Below are positions 12,922 to 25,958 of a DNA stretch of 64,000 nt, piece by piece. The stretch's first letter is position 1. Every line of letters begins with the position of its first letter. Under the pieces are notes generated by a model. It was not told where the DNA came from and did no database searches. It saw only the letters and a list, made by a program, of their open reading frames with translations. The stretch is from Chara braunii (taxonomy: Eukaryota > Plantae > Charophyceae): contig BFEA01000010.1 of assembly GCA_003427395.1 (NCBI GenBank), positions 4,029,169 to 4,093,168 of the forward strand, given 5' to 3'. The position numbers and the translations under genes are program-made.

Positions 12922-13697
12922 AATTAGACTAAACTAAAGTCACATTGTCTAGTTATGACAAGTGTTTAATATCCAAGTTATAATATTTTTTCGAACTTTT
13001 AATCTTTTGAAGACTAAGGTTAGTCCAAACTGAAGCCACATTCCTCAATCCGCCTTTGGTTACATTTATTATATTATTAATTAGGTATTTTTTCCCCTTT
13101 TATAATAAGTTGTAGTCAAACCAAACTGAAGTCACATTGTTTGACGAGCTTTGTTTAATAATAAAAATATAATATATTTATATATAAATTCGTATGTTCA
13201 GATTCTATTAATGTGCGCGACCTCAGACTAAGCCAAACTGAAGCCACATTGCTTAGTCATCAGTCCAAACCTCCCTCAGAAAAACAAGTAGTTGGGTCTG
13301 ACCAAAGCTACATTACCCAACTTTTAAACCATTTTAACAGGAAGATCGTCACAAGAACAGCAACCAGACCTGACCGAAGCCACATTGTCTGGTTCGGGTA
13401 AGGAATAAAACAACATAGCATAGTCGGTTAGGCCAAATCAAACTACATTGCCTAATTGCACATATAACAACTTACAGAGGTATGACAATCAGACATGACC
13501 AAAGCCACATTGTTTGATAACCACAGAAACTAAACATTACAACAGTCGGGTCTGACCGAAACCAGATTATCCGACTGCAAAGAAGGTGAATTAACAAATA
13601 TTACAACAACTAGACATGTCCAAAGTCACATCGTCTAGTTGCATAGGAAACAGAATAAACAAAGTGGTCAGGCCAAACCGAAGTCACATTGCCAGAC
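12922..13697. repeat. Array of 11 hairpins: variable 7-9 bp stems, conserved ~17-nt loop, unique spacers
   Basis: Units at 12922, 13018 (decayed), 13115, 13226, 13290, 13362, 13425, 13488, 13543, 13607 and 13667. Loop consensus approx. (C/A)(A/T)(A/G)AC(C/T)(A/G)AAG(C/T)CACATT. Confidence 0.9.
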
Positions 13698-15070
13698 TCT
13701 CTGAAGACCCAATCATTGCAGGTGAAACTACCTTTTTCCCAACTTCCCCCAATTCATCCCCGTTTGAATTTCAAGCAACAAATGCAAAGTAAGATTCACA
13801 CAACTTTTTATTATTTTTTAATATGATTAAGCTCCATAAAAAATCAGTAAACATCAGGTTGCATGCATACATTTCAATCAAACTAGAGAGGTGTAATAAA
13901 TAGGGGTGTAGTGGGTTCACACAAGGCAAGGAAGGTACACCTGACAACCCTGCCTCCATAACTTCTCTTGGGTTCCGACAGAGTTCCCATAATCGGTGGG
14001 TGGACCTCCCACAAGGTCTCACTGCGAACCTATGGGTTGCAATCTCACCTGCCACCTTCCTCTCCGAACCAGAGATCAGACTTAGAGTAAGAAGGATAAA
14101 AGAAAGGGTTCCAAACTCTCGAGATACAGGAAGGGGACAACTCATCTCGCGCGAGAGGGTCTTGGTATCTTGATGCGCCTGAGGGTCCCGTAATTGTGGC
14201 CAAACCTGCGGTAGGATGACTAAAATGCAGCCAAACGCAGAGTCAACGACGCTCTGACAGTCTTCAAGGTCGCAGCAATAACCCCCCCTTGTAAAGCCTG
14301 ATCACCCCTCCAAGACCACAACGCTTCCTCCCCTGATGAAATTGTAGTTTCACAACCTAAAAAGGGCTCCATTCAAATAGAGCACACCCCGTGTGCTCAA
14401 TTTCAATACAGGTTGTAACAGTCTAGTAAGGTAAGAAAAACAACACCAACTTCAGTCAAACACATTGTGCCTTCCAGTAAGGCGCAGCACAAGACACGAT
14501 AGTAGTGTACAACGCAAAACGTAATAAGTCACATCGCCACACAACCAAAGCTCAGCGATGCACAATGCAAAACACAACAACAGAGCATCGTGCACTGCAA
14601 TGCACAGCGTGCATAGTGAAGTATGGCAGGCAGCACGACAAGAACCCAACAAAAAACACCGTAAGTGCACAACGCTGCTCAACAACCGTTTTTCAAAAAA
14701 AAGAAGGATAACATAAGTGGCTCTTGACCCTGAAGATTAATGAACAATTACAACTATGGCAACAACCAAACAATTTGAGCATCACTTAGCCGCAATCTCT
14801 GACTTCCACAGTAGCAACAACCCTTAGCATCAGTTTTACTGAAGGTACAACCCGTCTGATAACATTCCCGATTCCTTGAGGAAACCAGCAGCAATCCGGC
14901 CGCTGCCAAAACTAACAGCTCCTCTGCTGCTCCCAAAAGCAGTCGATGATACCTTTAAGATCAGATCGCAGCCCACCTCAACCACCAATACCATTCTTTC
15001 ATTACAAGGCAACCTTGCCGTTGGGGTAAACAACAACACTTGAATACTCAGGACTAGTTGTTGCTGAGAG

Positions 15071-15333
15071 CTATGTTGCACGGTGGCCTCGACCTGGTTC
15101 GGCCCAGGCCGCGGCCGGGCCGGCCGAGAACTTTCGGCCGATGCCGCGGCGAATTGGGGAGGGGGGTTGGGGGGCGGGGAACGGGTCTCGAGTCGGGGGG
15201 GCGGGCCCTACCTCCTCACAAAAAAAAAAACATAAAAACTTCGAAAACGGGGGGGTGGATTTCGAAGACTACCAAAAATAAATAAATAAATAGAAAACAA
15301 AAAAAAAATCGTTGATTGACTGTTTTTTTATTT

Positions 15334-15393
<60 letters not shown>

Positions 15394-15472
15394 GTGGGGG
15401 AGGGGTCCTCCCTCCACTCCACGGCGCGCGCACACCTCTCTCTCTCTCTCGCGCGCGTGCGCGTGCACACCT

Positions 15473-15525
<53 letters not shown>

Positions 15526-15857
15526 TTTCTTTCGCCGAAGTTGCGCAGGCGGGACCCCGCGCAACTTCGGCACAAGTAAGTGAGCGTGTGTGTGAGTGTG
15601 TGTGTGCATGTGTGTGTGTGTGTGTTTGTGTGTGATTGAGTGGGGGTTGGGGTGGCGACCCATCCCCCACCAATCAATCAATCAATCAATTAATCAATCC
15701 AAAGAAAAAAAAAAGTAAAAACAAAAAACAAGAAAAGCGGGTTTTTTCGTTTTTGTTTTTTACTTTTTTTTTCTCTTTTGATTGATTGATTGATTGATTG
15801 GTGGGGGATGGGTCGCCCCCCCAACCCCCACCCAATCACACACACACACACATACAC

Positions 15858-15890
<33 letters not shown>

Positions 15891-16165
15891 TCCTTGCACG
15901 GGGTTTCGAAGAGTTTTTTTTTTTCTTTTTCTTTTTTTATTTTTTGTTACGCAATCGAAAACAATAATGCCCCCCAAAAAATATGGGCGTGTAGGGTTTT
16001 TTTAGCCCTACATGCCCAATTTTTTTTTTCATGCGTTAAAAAAAAAATAAAAAAATCCTGCACGCAACTCGGCTGGTCGGCCTCGGCCGAACCGAGCCGA
16101 TTCGGCCATCGGTCGAGGCCGCGGCCGATTTGGACCCCCTGGCTGCGGTCGGGCGTGCAACATAG
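15071..16165. mobile_element. Non-autonomous hAT-type element (1.1 kb)
   Basis: Perfect 12-bp TIR CTATGTTGCACG/CGTGCAACATAG; 8-bp TSD GCTGAGAG at 15063-15070 and 16166-16173; CGGCCG subterminal repeats; microsatellite interior. Confidence 0.93.
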
Positions 16166-18399
16166 GCTGAGAGACAACAAGCCCGCTCAGGGACTGTTGT
16201 ATCAATCTTGATATAAGAGCAAGGCCCACCTCTGAAAACTGCAGCACCACCACCACTCATCACCTCGATGATTAATCTGAACAACAACATGGCTTCGATA
16301 ATGGTCACACAAGGAGATGACCACGATCAACTTAATCACCACTTGTAAGACCTTGATGATGGCAACTTGGATGAAGGTGACCATAGCGACCGTCGAATTG
16401 AAGGCGATCACAACAACGAGGCCGGATGTGACAAAAAATCGGAACGGCCAAAGCAAAGACAGCTTTGGTGAGCCTGATGATGAACAACAGAACCTAGGTC
16501 ACAGTAACGCACTCTCCACTCGGATCTCGACAGGCGCCAACAAGGAGACAACTTGCTCCAACAGGAAGTCAAAATGACGGGCACTGCCAAGGTCGAGACA
16601 ACGGTCCTCATGGGCGCGACAGATGGACCTCGCTCCGCTACTCATCAAATATGCAAAATGAGAATGGATCTTCCGCTAGAACATGGGAAGATACATTGCC
16701 AACTAATCGGTCTGCTGTTTTGCCCAGTGGCTCCACCTGCCAAGTGCAAAATGAGAATAAATTTTTCGCTAGAACATAGAAAGATATATACGAGTTGAGT
16801 CTCTCTCTTCCTCTCTCTTCCCTTCACATAACTCAGCCTGCTACTCTACTTACTCTGCATCAGTGACAAACATGACCACAATCAACGATGATCAAATGGA
16901 GGCAAACGACTGGTATGACCGTGGCTGAAGACGAGGAGCCCAATGGTGAGCACGACAATAAGCAGCGTGGTCACAAAAGTCACGATAGCGGCCACTATTA
17001 GAATCAGAAGGAAGGTCACCCCGACTGGTGCGCACGCACCATCGGGAACAGGACTAAGGTCGAGACGACCATTCGGGGATCCGCACGGGGATCAAGGCAA
17101 ACCCAAAAGCGAGCACTTACTAAAAACGAACATGATCGCAATGATTAGATGGTCAGGATGAACACGATCGGCCCCTGCCATATCCACTCTCTCGCTCATG
17201 TCCTTCACACTTAGTATTCCCTCTTCTACTTACCACTCTTCCTATCTCTGCTTTTCCAGTTTTCACTTCCCCATTTTCTTGGCTCTCCCTATCTCACTGC
17301 TTTTTCTCTCTATGTATCCAGCCAGCACCACCGGAGCAAGATGAGTAGAGCAACATGACGATGATTAGAAATACGGCCCGCATCGAAACGGTGAACAATC
17401 ATTACTTCCTCCAGGACCTTGGCGACGAGCGGCGTGGTAATCAGGGACGGCAGGGCAGTCTCCACTTCATCTGATGTGCAAAATGAGAATAAATCTTCCC
17501 CTAGAAAGTGGGAAGATATATTGCCACAATATAGTTGCTCAGCATCTGCCGCTCGAACCGAACAAATTGTTGCTCAGATCACAATTTTGACGAGGCCAAT
17601 GTGTTCAGAATGATCTGAAAACCCCATTTAGTATCTTTGTTTGCAAAAATGGATTGAGAAACAGCTGAGTAAAATCAATCTTCACTCCCATTCACTCTTT
17701 TCTTACCTCCTCGACCTTTCCCACGCACCTATTACTCTTCTAACACATCTCATACTAAATCTCCTCCCAATCTGACTACAGATTCGGGATTGCCCATCCC
17801 GAACCCCCCGACTTATCATTCCTCCTTGCCTAGACCCGTCAAGGGATGAGCACGGTTCGTGTTTCTTGCTTCGTCACGTTCACCTTCGCCATCCACACTC
17901 TCTTGTTGACGTCTCCTCATATTCCCCCTTCCGCTAGCCCAATCTTTTTTTTTTTTTTTTTTTTTTAACTCACTGTCTCATATTTCAAATGAAGGAATAC
18001 GAGGCCGAAAACCTCACCATTCAACCCGGAGTTATCCCGGCAGCATCAACCGGTTTAGCTTATCCCAATCAACTTGCCACACATCTACTTAATGCATTCT
18101 TTGTAATCAACAACAAAAAGAAACCAAAACTTCCTTAAACCCAAACGCCTAATTGAGCCTAAGAGTCTCCTTGCTATCCTATCCTAATCTACTTACCTAC
18201 TCCAGGTAGACCCTTACCTATATACAGACCTACGACCGGTCTGGTACCCAGCCCAAAGCGGTCGGGAGGAACCTTGTTCCATTCCCAACCCCTGACACTC
18301 TCCCTCCCTCCCCCCTATGCAGTCTACTGTGACTGCCCACAGGAACCGAGTGCACCTGGTTCATCCATAGCATCCTTCCTAACCTACTGTTTCTCAACC

Positions 18400-21300
18400 C
18401 AACTCCCCAGTACCAATTTCCCTTCCGGAGACACGTGGGCCAAGCCCAGGCCCTAGGTCCGTTGGAACCATGTCACACCCTTGTTGCGGTCCAGTTAAAA
18501 CGTCCTTCTCGTCCAGTCTGCTCTGATAGCTGTGGCAAGAAGGCTTTTAAAAAGTTCTTCTGCCTGTTTCTCTGGCAAACTCTCCCCCTGAAATTTGAGA
18601 ATGTTCCTGTCAGCCCAAATGACCCAAAACATAATTGCCCTGCCCACCTGGGCTACATAACTCCAACCCTCCGTGCCACTGCAACTCTGAGGTAGGCAAC
18701 CTGCAAAAACCCACCTCTGCCCTGTCAACTTCATCCTCCCTGCAAACCTTTTCCAATGATAATCCCACCACCTCCACCATTTTCGTGACCCTGGCCAATC
18801 CACCAGAGATGTTGCATTGTCTCTGGTGCCTCTTTACACTGTCGCACGTTACCTCTACTCCCATCCCTTTGTCTGTCAGCCACTTAGAGGTAGGTACCGC
18901 TAGATGTGACTGTAGCCACAGTAAGGACGCTAACTTCTGTGACTGAATGGTTTGAAGTTGTGTCCAGAGCTTGGTGAACTCAGATTGCGAAAGCGGATCC
19001 AAATCAGGAACTTGTCTTTCCCACCGACTGCTAACCTTCTCGCAAACTGATACTGAGTCTGATTTCTTTTGGAGGATCAGACTGGCATCTAACTGTTCTA
19101 GCCCCTTAACGACCGAGTCCCCTATCTGCCAGCCCCAGGCTTCGGAGCCAATTCTCAATTCCTCCAACTCAATCCCATTTCCTACCAACACAGAAATTGG
19201 TTGGAAACCCTCCTCCTTCGGAAGTCTCAATCTGACCCTGATCTCTTTCAATCCCACCAGCCCATATTGAGTCCTTATCCCAACTTTTTCCAACGTAGGG
19301 AGATTAGGAAGCGCCCGTTTGTATGTTTCAAGCCAACACTTAACAGACTGATTTTTAGTCCAACTCTCCAATCTGCAAAACCGATCCAGCTCGTCAGAGG
19401 CAGACACAAACCAAGTACCTAGTGGGTCAACCCCTCCTGGTCCAGGTCCCAGTAGCTGCTCCCATTCTTCTGGAATGGCCTGTAAGAGTTGCGCCAGCCG
19501 CCGCTCCTGATTAGGCAGCTGGCCCAAGGAATCCCTCAATTGTGCAGGAGATTTCCACATGTTGCTATTGTCATCCCACAAATCCCCAATCATGCTGATG
19601 CCCTTCTGTACCCAGCTCTGTCCGAAGTTACCAGGTCTCATCTCCAATGAGAACCAGGTTCCTTCTAAGGCCCTAATTCGGTTATTCGCAAAGAGGTGTT
19701 GGCGCTTAATTTCCATCTTGGACTTCGGGGCAATACACAGCGTAGGTCTGCATTTTCGCCATGCTTGCAGGATGTCATTCCAAAGACGGGACTTTGGTCG
19801 CCTCCTGGCATATGTATCCGCCATCAAGGCGATCCAGACATCCGATGGTCGGGAAAAGCGCTATTCCTTTGCCAACAGGGTTTCCGCCAGCAGGACCCAA
19901 TCCGTATTCGTTTCCACTTTTGCCACCCTCACCACCCATTTGGCTAGCAGTGCCGTGTTCTGTGCCGCTGGGTCAATCAGCGCCGATCCTCCCTCGTTGC
20001 GTGGTCTGCACAGCATGTCCCACGCCACTTTACTTATATACCCATTCTCCACGTTCCTATCTGGTTTCTTGATGAATCTTCGAGCAACCCCTTTGACCAC
20101 CTTGAGCATTGGGTTTGAAAATCTCCGGACTATTGCCACATACCAAAGCAGGGCAAACGCAGATGCCATGATCGCTAACACCCTCCCCACAAGTGACAGG
20201 TGAAAGGCAGGCCCCCAACTCTTTACTCTCGTACAGACTTTCTCTTGAAGGATCGGCTCCTGTGACGCCGAGCAGTTCCCCAGGGCTATTTGAACACCAA
20301 GGAACCGTTCCGCTTGGTCCACTTGTACTCTCTCCATTCCCCACTGAACTGCTAGTGTAAGAGATGTTGGAAGAAAAATGTTGACTTTCTCCAGTTCACT
20401 GCAACTTCAGATAGGTCTGTAAAGTCTGACAGGCAACTCTTCAATGCCTCCAATGAGTGCACCTGGTTTACAGATAGGACAAACAAATCGTCCGCCAGAG
20501 CTTTGACCCAAGCCTCACCCCCTCCACTTACGGCAAGACCTTTGATCTCCGGATGTTTCCGTATATTGCAAAGAAGAGGTTCAAGGTGGAGTACAAAGAG
20601 GAGGGGCGCCAAGGGGCAACCTTGACGCAATGACCTTGTTAGAGCGAATTCCTTGGAGACTTCACCGTTCACACACACGGCAGCAGACACGTGCCCATAC
20701 ATCGCCTTCACCCATCTGCAAAAGGATTCCCCGAAGCCGAAAAAACGCAGAGTAGTTATCACAAAGGTCCAATTCACACTGTCGTNCGCCTTTTCGAGGT
20801 CAAGTAAGAGAACCGCCATATTCCTGTCCTCGTTTTCGATGAGCTTCAAAGCCTCGATAGTTGTAACGATGTTCTCGAATATAGATCTACCTCGTACAAA
20901 AGCTCCCTGGTCTCGTGCCACTAATCCACGCAGATAGTTTCCAAGTCTGATCGCTAGCAGCTTTGCAAGCAACTTGTAAACTACATTGAGTAGAGAAATG
21001 GGTCATCAGTTTTTAATGTCACTCCGGTCTCCCTTTTTGAACATGAGAGAGATGATACCCCTTGTCATAGCCGAACCTAGCCTACCACCTTCTCTAATCT
21101 CATTGAACATTCCCACCAGGTCTTTCACCAAAACGCCCCAACATGCACTGAAAAACTCCACTGGCAGCCCATCCTCACTTGGCGCTTTGACCCTGGCCAT
21201 GCTCCTGAGGGTGGTTGTGAGCTCCTCCTCCGTAACAGGCCGGTCCAGCAGAAACCTTCCTTCCTCTGATAGTCTGCATTCCACTTTGTCCCAGACAGTT

Positions 21301-22616
21301 GACTCAGCTGTCATGTCATCATCCAGATCGTCAAGTAATCGCCTCGTGGTCATGATGTCATGGAAGTAGGTTGCTGCATATTTGCACATATTACTGTTCA
21401 AGGAAGCGATTGGCAAGCCTGGCAAGTGGGGGTGTTTGAGTTCCCTCATTTGAACTGCTGTGTTTCTTGGTAGGAGCCTCCTGAAAGCCTCCTTGGACAG
21501 TCTGTCTGCCGCAACAATCCCTTTCACTTCCAATATCTTCACTCTCCATTCCTGTTGACCAACCTAGTACTCCTCCCATTCCCGAAGCCTCGTCTGTCTT
21601 TCCTCTGCCCAGAAAAGGTCTGAGATCGGGTTCTCCCCCAACCTCTGCCCCGCTTCCTTCACTCTTCCTTCCAGGCAAGCCGCCTCCTTGTTGCGAAGAA
21701 AGGCTGCAATTTTTGAGAAGGAATCCAGCTTGAGGGAGATGATATGGAGTCCTGCATCCACCCATTCTGTTGAGGTAGTAAACGAGGTCTTTGCTGCATT
21801 CCAATCCGACCAGAAACCTTTCACCCATGAGGTTATCCCCTCATCTAAAAGCAACGCCGTGTTTAATCGAAAGTAGCCTGACCCTCTGTCTCCCACCGCT
21901 GCTACAATACATTTCATCACCACTGGCTTGTGGTCAGACAGAGGAGTGTTTTGTGTCTCCATACTCTAAAACACCGCCTCCGATACCAGGAAAAAATCTA
22001 TCCTCCTTCTGACCCTTGCAAGTCTGGGGGTTTGGGCAAACCATGTGCATCCTGGCTCAATCGGGTACAGTTCCCTATATATGTCCTGGAGCTTCCAATG
22101 TTCCATCCACCTTAGCAGCTTGGCTCTGTCAGCAGTCATGCCTTTCGGGGCCTCCGAGTCCAGCCCTGGACTGCATGTTATGTTCCAATCTCCACCAATT
22201 ACCAGTCGTTCACTACTTGGGAGGACATGCGGGAGTGTGTCAAAAAAGACTGCCCGACCGCCCGATTCGTTAGGAGCATAAATCGTAGCAAATACCCATT
22301 CCTCTCCTCCAATAGACAGCCTTACCCAACACCATCGACCCCATACGTCGCTGTCAAAGTCCACAAGTTAGGCTTCTATTCGTTTGTGTAGTAAGATGGC
22401 AACTCGTCTTTTGTTCCCCTAGCAGGAGACCAAACTTGGGGTCCGTCCCACCAATCGTTGAGCTGAGCTAACTTGAGTTTTGACAGCTTCGTTTCCTGAA
22501 GCATAATCACATCCAATCGTTCTTGATGTATCCAGGCTTTAACTTTTTTCCCCTTTCGGCGCCCAACACCTACCCCCAACCCCCTAACATTCCTTAGCTA
22601 TCCTGAGCCTACCCAT
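18400..22616 (-). pseudogene. LINE ORF2: APE endonuclease - RT - C-terminal zinc motif (fragmented)
   Basis: LQETK, IYAPN, GGDWN, RRIDFFL and SDHKPV (endonuclease); QGAFV.GR, LLDLEKA.D, LRQGCPLAPLLF and LADD (RT). Confidence 0.95.
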
Positions 22617-22762
22617 GAGATGGCAGAGGACTGACTGCAGATTGGATTCCTGCTGATGAAGGGTTCACGGCACGCTCGCCTTCCGGAGCATCTGATTCAT
22701 CCATGGCCGCCCAATCAATGCTTATACAGCGAAAGAAGGGGCTGGACATCAAGTTGCACGAT

Positions 22763-24839
22763 CTAGGCATACTGGATGCAAGTTTGCCAGAAGGTGGCCG
22801 AAACGCCTGGACTTACCACTACTTGGGACAAGATTTTCTCTGACGCTTGGACAAGAGCATCCACCAGAAAGGAACCTAAGCCCACTCTACGCAGACATGC
22901 CCATTCTTCGGAAGAGAAGCGAGCATTAATAAGCACCACAGTATACCGAATCATGCGGTCATCTTCCAGCACAACTCTAATCTTTGGCATGTGAAACTCC
23001 GAGAAGATTCGGGACTGCAGCCTGTCTGCAAAGAGGTATCTTACCCGATCAGTTATCAGAGTCGACGTAAGAACTCCCGATATACCGATGGCAGGCAATG
23101 AGAGGGCCTCGTTGTCACCCAACAACCCTACTACATGGACTTCCTGGCCCTGAAGTGAACATACTAATGGCAACAACATCTATTCCTCCAGGTCATTCAA
23201 TCCTCGACATTGTAACTCTGCACCATCAGGGACCGCGCCCCCATGGACCAGTTGATCCTGCCCTGGTAGTGGCGCCCTCGGTATTCTGCCAACTTCTTCA
23301 CTTTCATCCTTCGATTTTTCTACAACCTCTTCCACCTGCGTAGCTTGCTGTTCCTATGGTGTTGGCAGCTGGTCTTCTGGAGCCGGTGCTGGTGCCCCAT
23401 TCCTGCCACCTCTCGACCCCCCCTGTTCTTGTGAGTTCCTCCTGATGTTGCCCTCCGTGTAGATTCCCCCGTAGTTGAGCATCTGGGCAAAATCATATGG
23501 AAACTGGAGGTACGGATTCATTCATGCTCCATTGAAACCGTAAGGTTGATGGCTTAGCCCCTGCCACTGTATCGGCCCCCACCCTGGAGCAAAGTGTCGG
23601 AAGTCGGGGCTGAAGATGGCTGTTGTGTTGAGTGAAGGGGTTGAGGTTGCGGTCTTCTAATGATCATCGGGGGCCTGGCCCTATCGACAAGGATTTGCAA
23701 TTCTCCTGCTCCCCTAAGTACTCCTGGTACTTGCCCCACGATTAGCGATTCGCTCCTAGCAGCTCTCGCTTGATTATCCACTCGTGCCCCGACTGGTTCC
23801 TGAATGGCCCGGCTCCCGGTCCTACTAGCAGATGTAGCAGATCGAGCTTGTCCAGCTCTGCCACTTTGCGCCCACTTGGTCCCTTGCCGCGGCCCGTATA
23901 TGTCGATTATCTTCAGGTCAGTCCACTCTCTCTAACCCTCCCTCCCTTCTCCTTGTTCGTTGTTCCCCTTGTTCTGCTTCCTGATCGCCCTCTTAGGGGC
24001 ACCCGTCATCTGCAGTATGGTACCACCACTTACATTTGCCACACCAAGGGTTGTGCTTACAAACAAACTTGATGCTTAGCACTTTGTTTCCCAGTCGGAT
24101 TGACAGCCCCGGCTCAAAGCTTGGCCTCCGCCTCCTTCACCAGTTCGAACTTCAAATTCATTAGCTTAGGTCTCGACCGGTCTTGCTCCGGTGGTTGACT
24201 ATTAATCATGTGTCCCATTGCTGACTCCACCATGCTCTCCACATGAAACATGGCCCTCAGAGGAACTTTGATCGCCATTACCCAGAACTTCGTTTGATCC
24301 TCCAGCTGTCTTCTGTCGTCCAATTCTGTACGAGTAAGCCATGGTTTAAAAAGCATGTCATACTCAATACCCCTTATCGTCACCATGTCCTCCGCTTTTG
24401 CAATTAACCATTGAGCAACTTCTCAGGAGCGGGCTACATATGATACTACATTTGGCCCTTTTGCATGCACCCTGCCCCATTTGACATTTCGGTCAAAGAT
24501 TCCCTGCCTATACCAACCATTCTCATGCGCTCTAATCAAATCCTCTCTCACTCATATCGGGAGATCTTGTGCTTCTCCTTGAAAAATTATAGTAACAGTC
24601 CTCTCCTTCGACCAGTTCGTAGTAAACTCGTCCAATCTTGTGTTGACCACGAAGGTGCGAACTCCCCGTTCGACTCCCCACTCTCTATGTCGAAACTTCT
24701 CGGGCAGAATTCCATCGTCGTAGCACTTAGCAATGAGCAGTTTCATTTGGTCTTCATCTGAGAGCAGAACGTCCGTGTGTGCTGGAGGCGAGCGTCCCCT
24801 GCTCCTCTGTTGACTACCTGAGGCATTTGGAGCTGACAT
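22763..24839 (-). pseudogene. LINE ORF1 (fragmented) with zinc knuckle and extra C-terminal globular segment
   Basis: LFKPW and FWVMAIKVPL motifs typical of plant L1 ORF1; WCGKCKWWYHTADDGC knuckle at ~24000-24046; 138-aa segment at 22763-23179. Confidence 0.75.
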
Positions 24840-25509
24840 GTTACCAACAGCGTAACCCTAATCCCTCTCTTTTTCCCTCAGACCCTCCTTCCCTCGGTAT
24901 CTCCCTTTAACCCTCGGAGGTTCCCTTTTAGCAACGGCTCAAACAGTTGTATAGGACGGGAATTTCCCCTATGCTTGTTTGGTGGAACAGCAGAGTTTCG
25001 TAACCATAGCCTCAACCCTGCTCTTCGTACAACCGCATCAAAGGCGGGCGCCCTCCCGGCGCTCGCCCAATATAGACAAAACGAAGCTTGCACGCCTATA
25101 GATACAGTTGAAATTCCACACACCTATGCATGGTTGCATGCAGCCATAACTTCACACCTGTGAAATCATAGTTACCAAGGAAGGCAGCCTTTCGCTCACC
25201 CTTCGCTGAAGAGGCCCAGAGAATGCCGAGCACGACAAACAAATTCACTAACGACGTAATAATAACGACCTCAGTGATGGTTGCGCCAGTACTACCTGGT
25301 TGTACGGTTTAGAGCGCGTGGCGCCAACTGCCGTACCCCCACAGGCCTTGAGTCCGCTGGAAGCGTCAATTCTGCCGCCAGATCCGATTCTGCCGCTACC
25401 AGAAATAGCGCAACAGAGCATTAGTGCAAAATTAGCGCTCCCAGAGGACTCGCGGCCGCTAGAATCCCTCTAGCCCAGTCTGAACCGGCCTACTTTCTAA
25501 CTGGTAACT

Positions 25510-25625
25510 AAAAAAAAAAAAAGGAATATAAAGGGCAGGCCCAAGCATATACGTGTTGTCCCATGAATACGGGTCATGTTAATCTTCCATGTATCGTTCC
25601 GATTTTAATGGGTGACCCGAAGGAC
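25510..25625 (-). ncRNA. U6 snRNA-like sequence (variant or pseudogene)
   Basis: The minus strand reads GTCCTTCGGG..TAAAATCGGAACGATACATGGAAGATTAACATGACCC..GGACAACACG, then T13. Canonical U6 reads TAAAATTGGAACGATACAGAGAAGATTAGCATGGCCC..GGATGACACG. Confidence 0.85.
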
Positions 25626-25697
25626 TCGGATGGGGCGAAGCCCCGTGGACCTTCCAGGCAGCAAAGCGCCCCAGGAAAATCAGGAATTCCATTCATC

Positions 25698-25768
25698 TAG
25701 TCCCATCCGGACTCGAACTAAGGTCCGTATTTCAACAGTTCAAACGTTTACCAGCTGAGCTGGTTTGT
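25698..25768 (-). pseudogene. tRNA-derived sequence (A and B boxes), copy B
   Basis: AGCTCAGCTGG A box, CTGTTGA anticodon-loop-like (Asn-like), GTTCGAGTCC B box. The acceptor stem does not pair. Confidence 0.65.
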
Positions 25769-25958
25769 TGGTACCATGCGCCGTCACAGTTCCAGCACCG
25801 GTACCGCAACCCTAAGGAATGGAACTCAAGATTAAAAAAATAATAATCGTAATAATAATTAAAAAGAAAAAAGGAAAATTTTGGGACTATACCGAGGGGG
25901 AGGCATGGCACTACCAGGCAGCTGAGCGCCCCCAGGCAAATCAGAAATTACATTTATC

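Larger units (their letters stand above)
17946..25466 (-). mobile_element. Full-length decayed L1/Tx1-type LINE (7.5 kb)
   Basis: Poly(A) tail (T run ending 17966); ORF1 and ORF2 remnants; candidate 15-bp TSD CCGCTAGCCCAATCT (17931-17945) / CCTCTAGCCCAGTCT (25467-25481) with 2 mismatches. Confidence 0.92.

Noticed and set aside
12922-13697. CRISPR array, integron attC array or hammerhead ribozyme array
   Set aside because: The context is eukaryotic with no cas or integrase gene. Repeat stems vary between units, spacers are too short for gene cassettes, and the CUGANGA/GAAA hammerhead core is absent.
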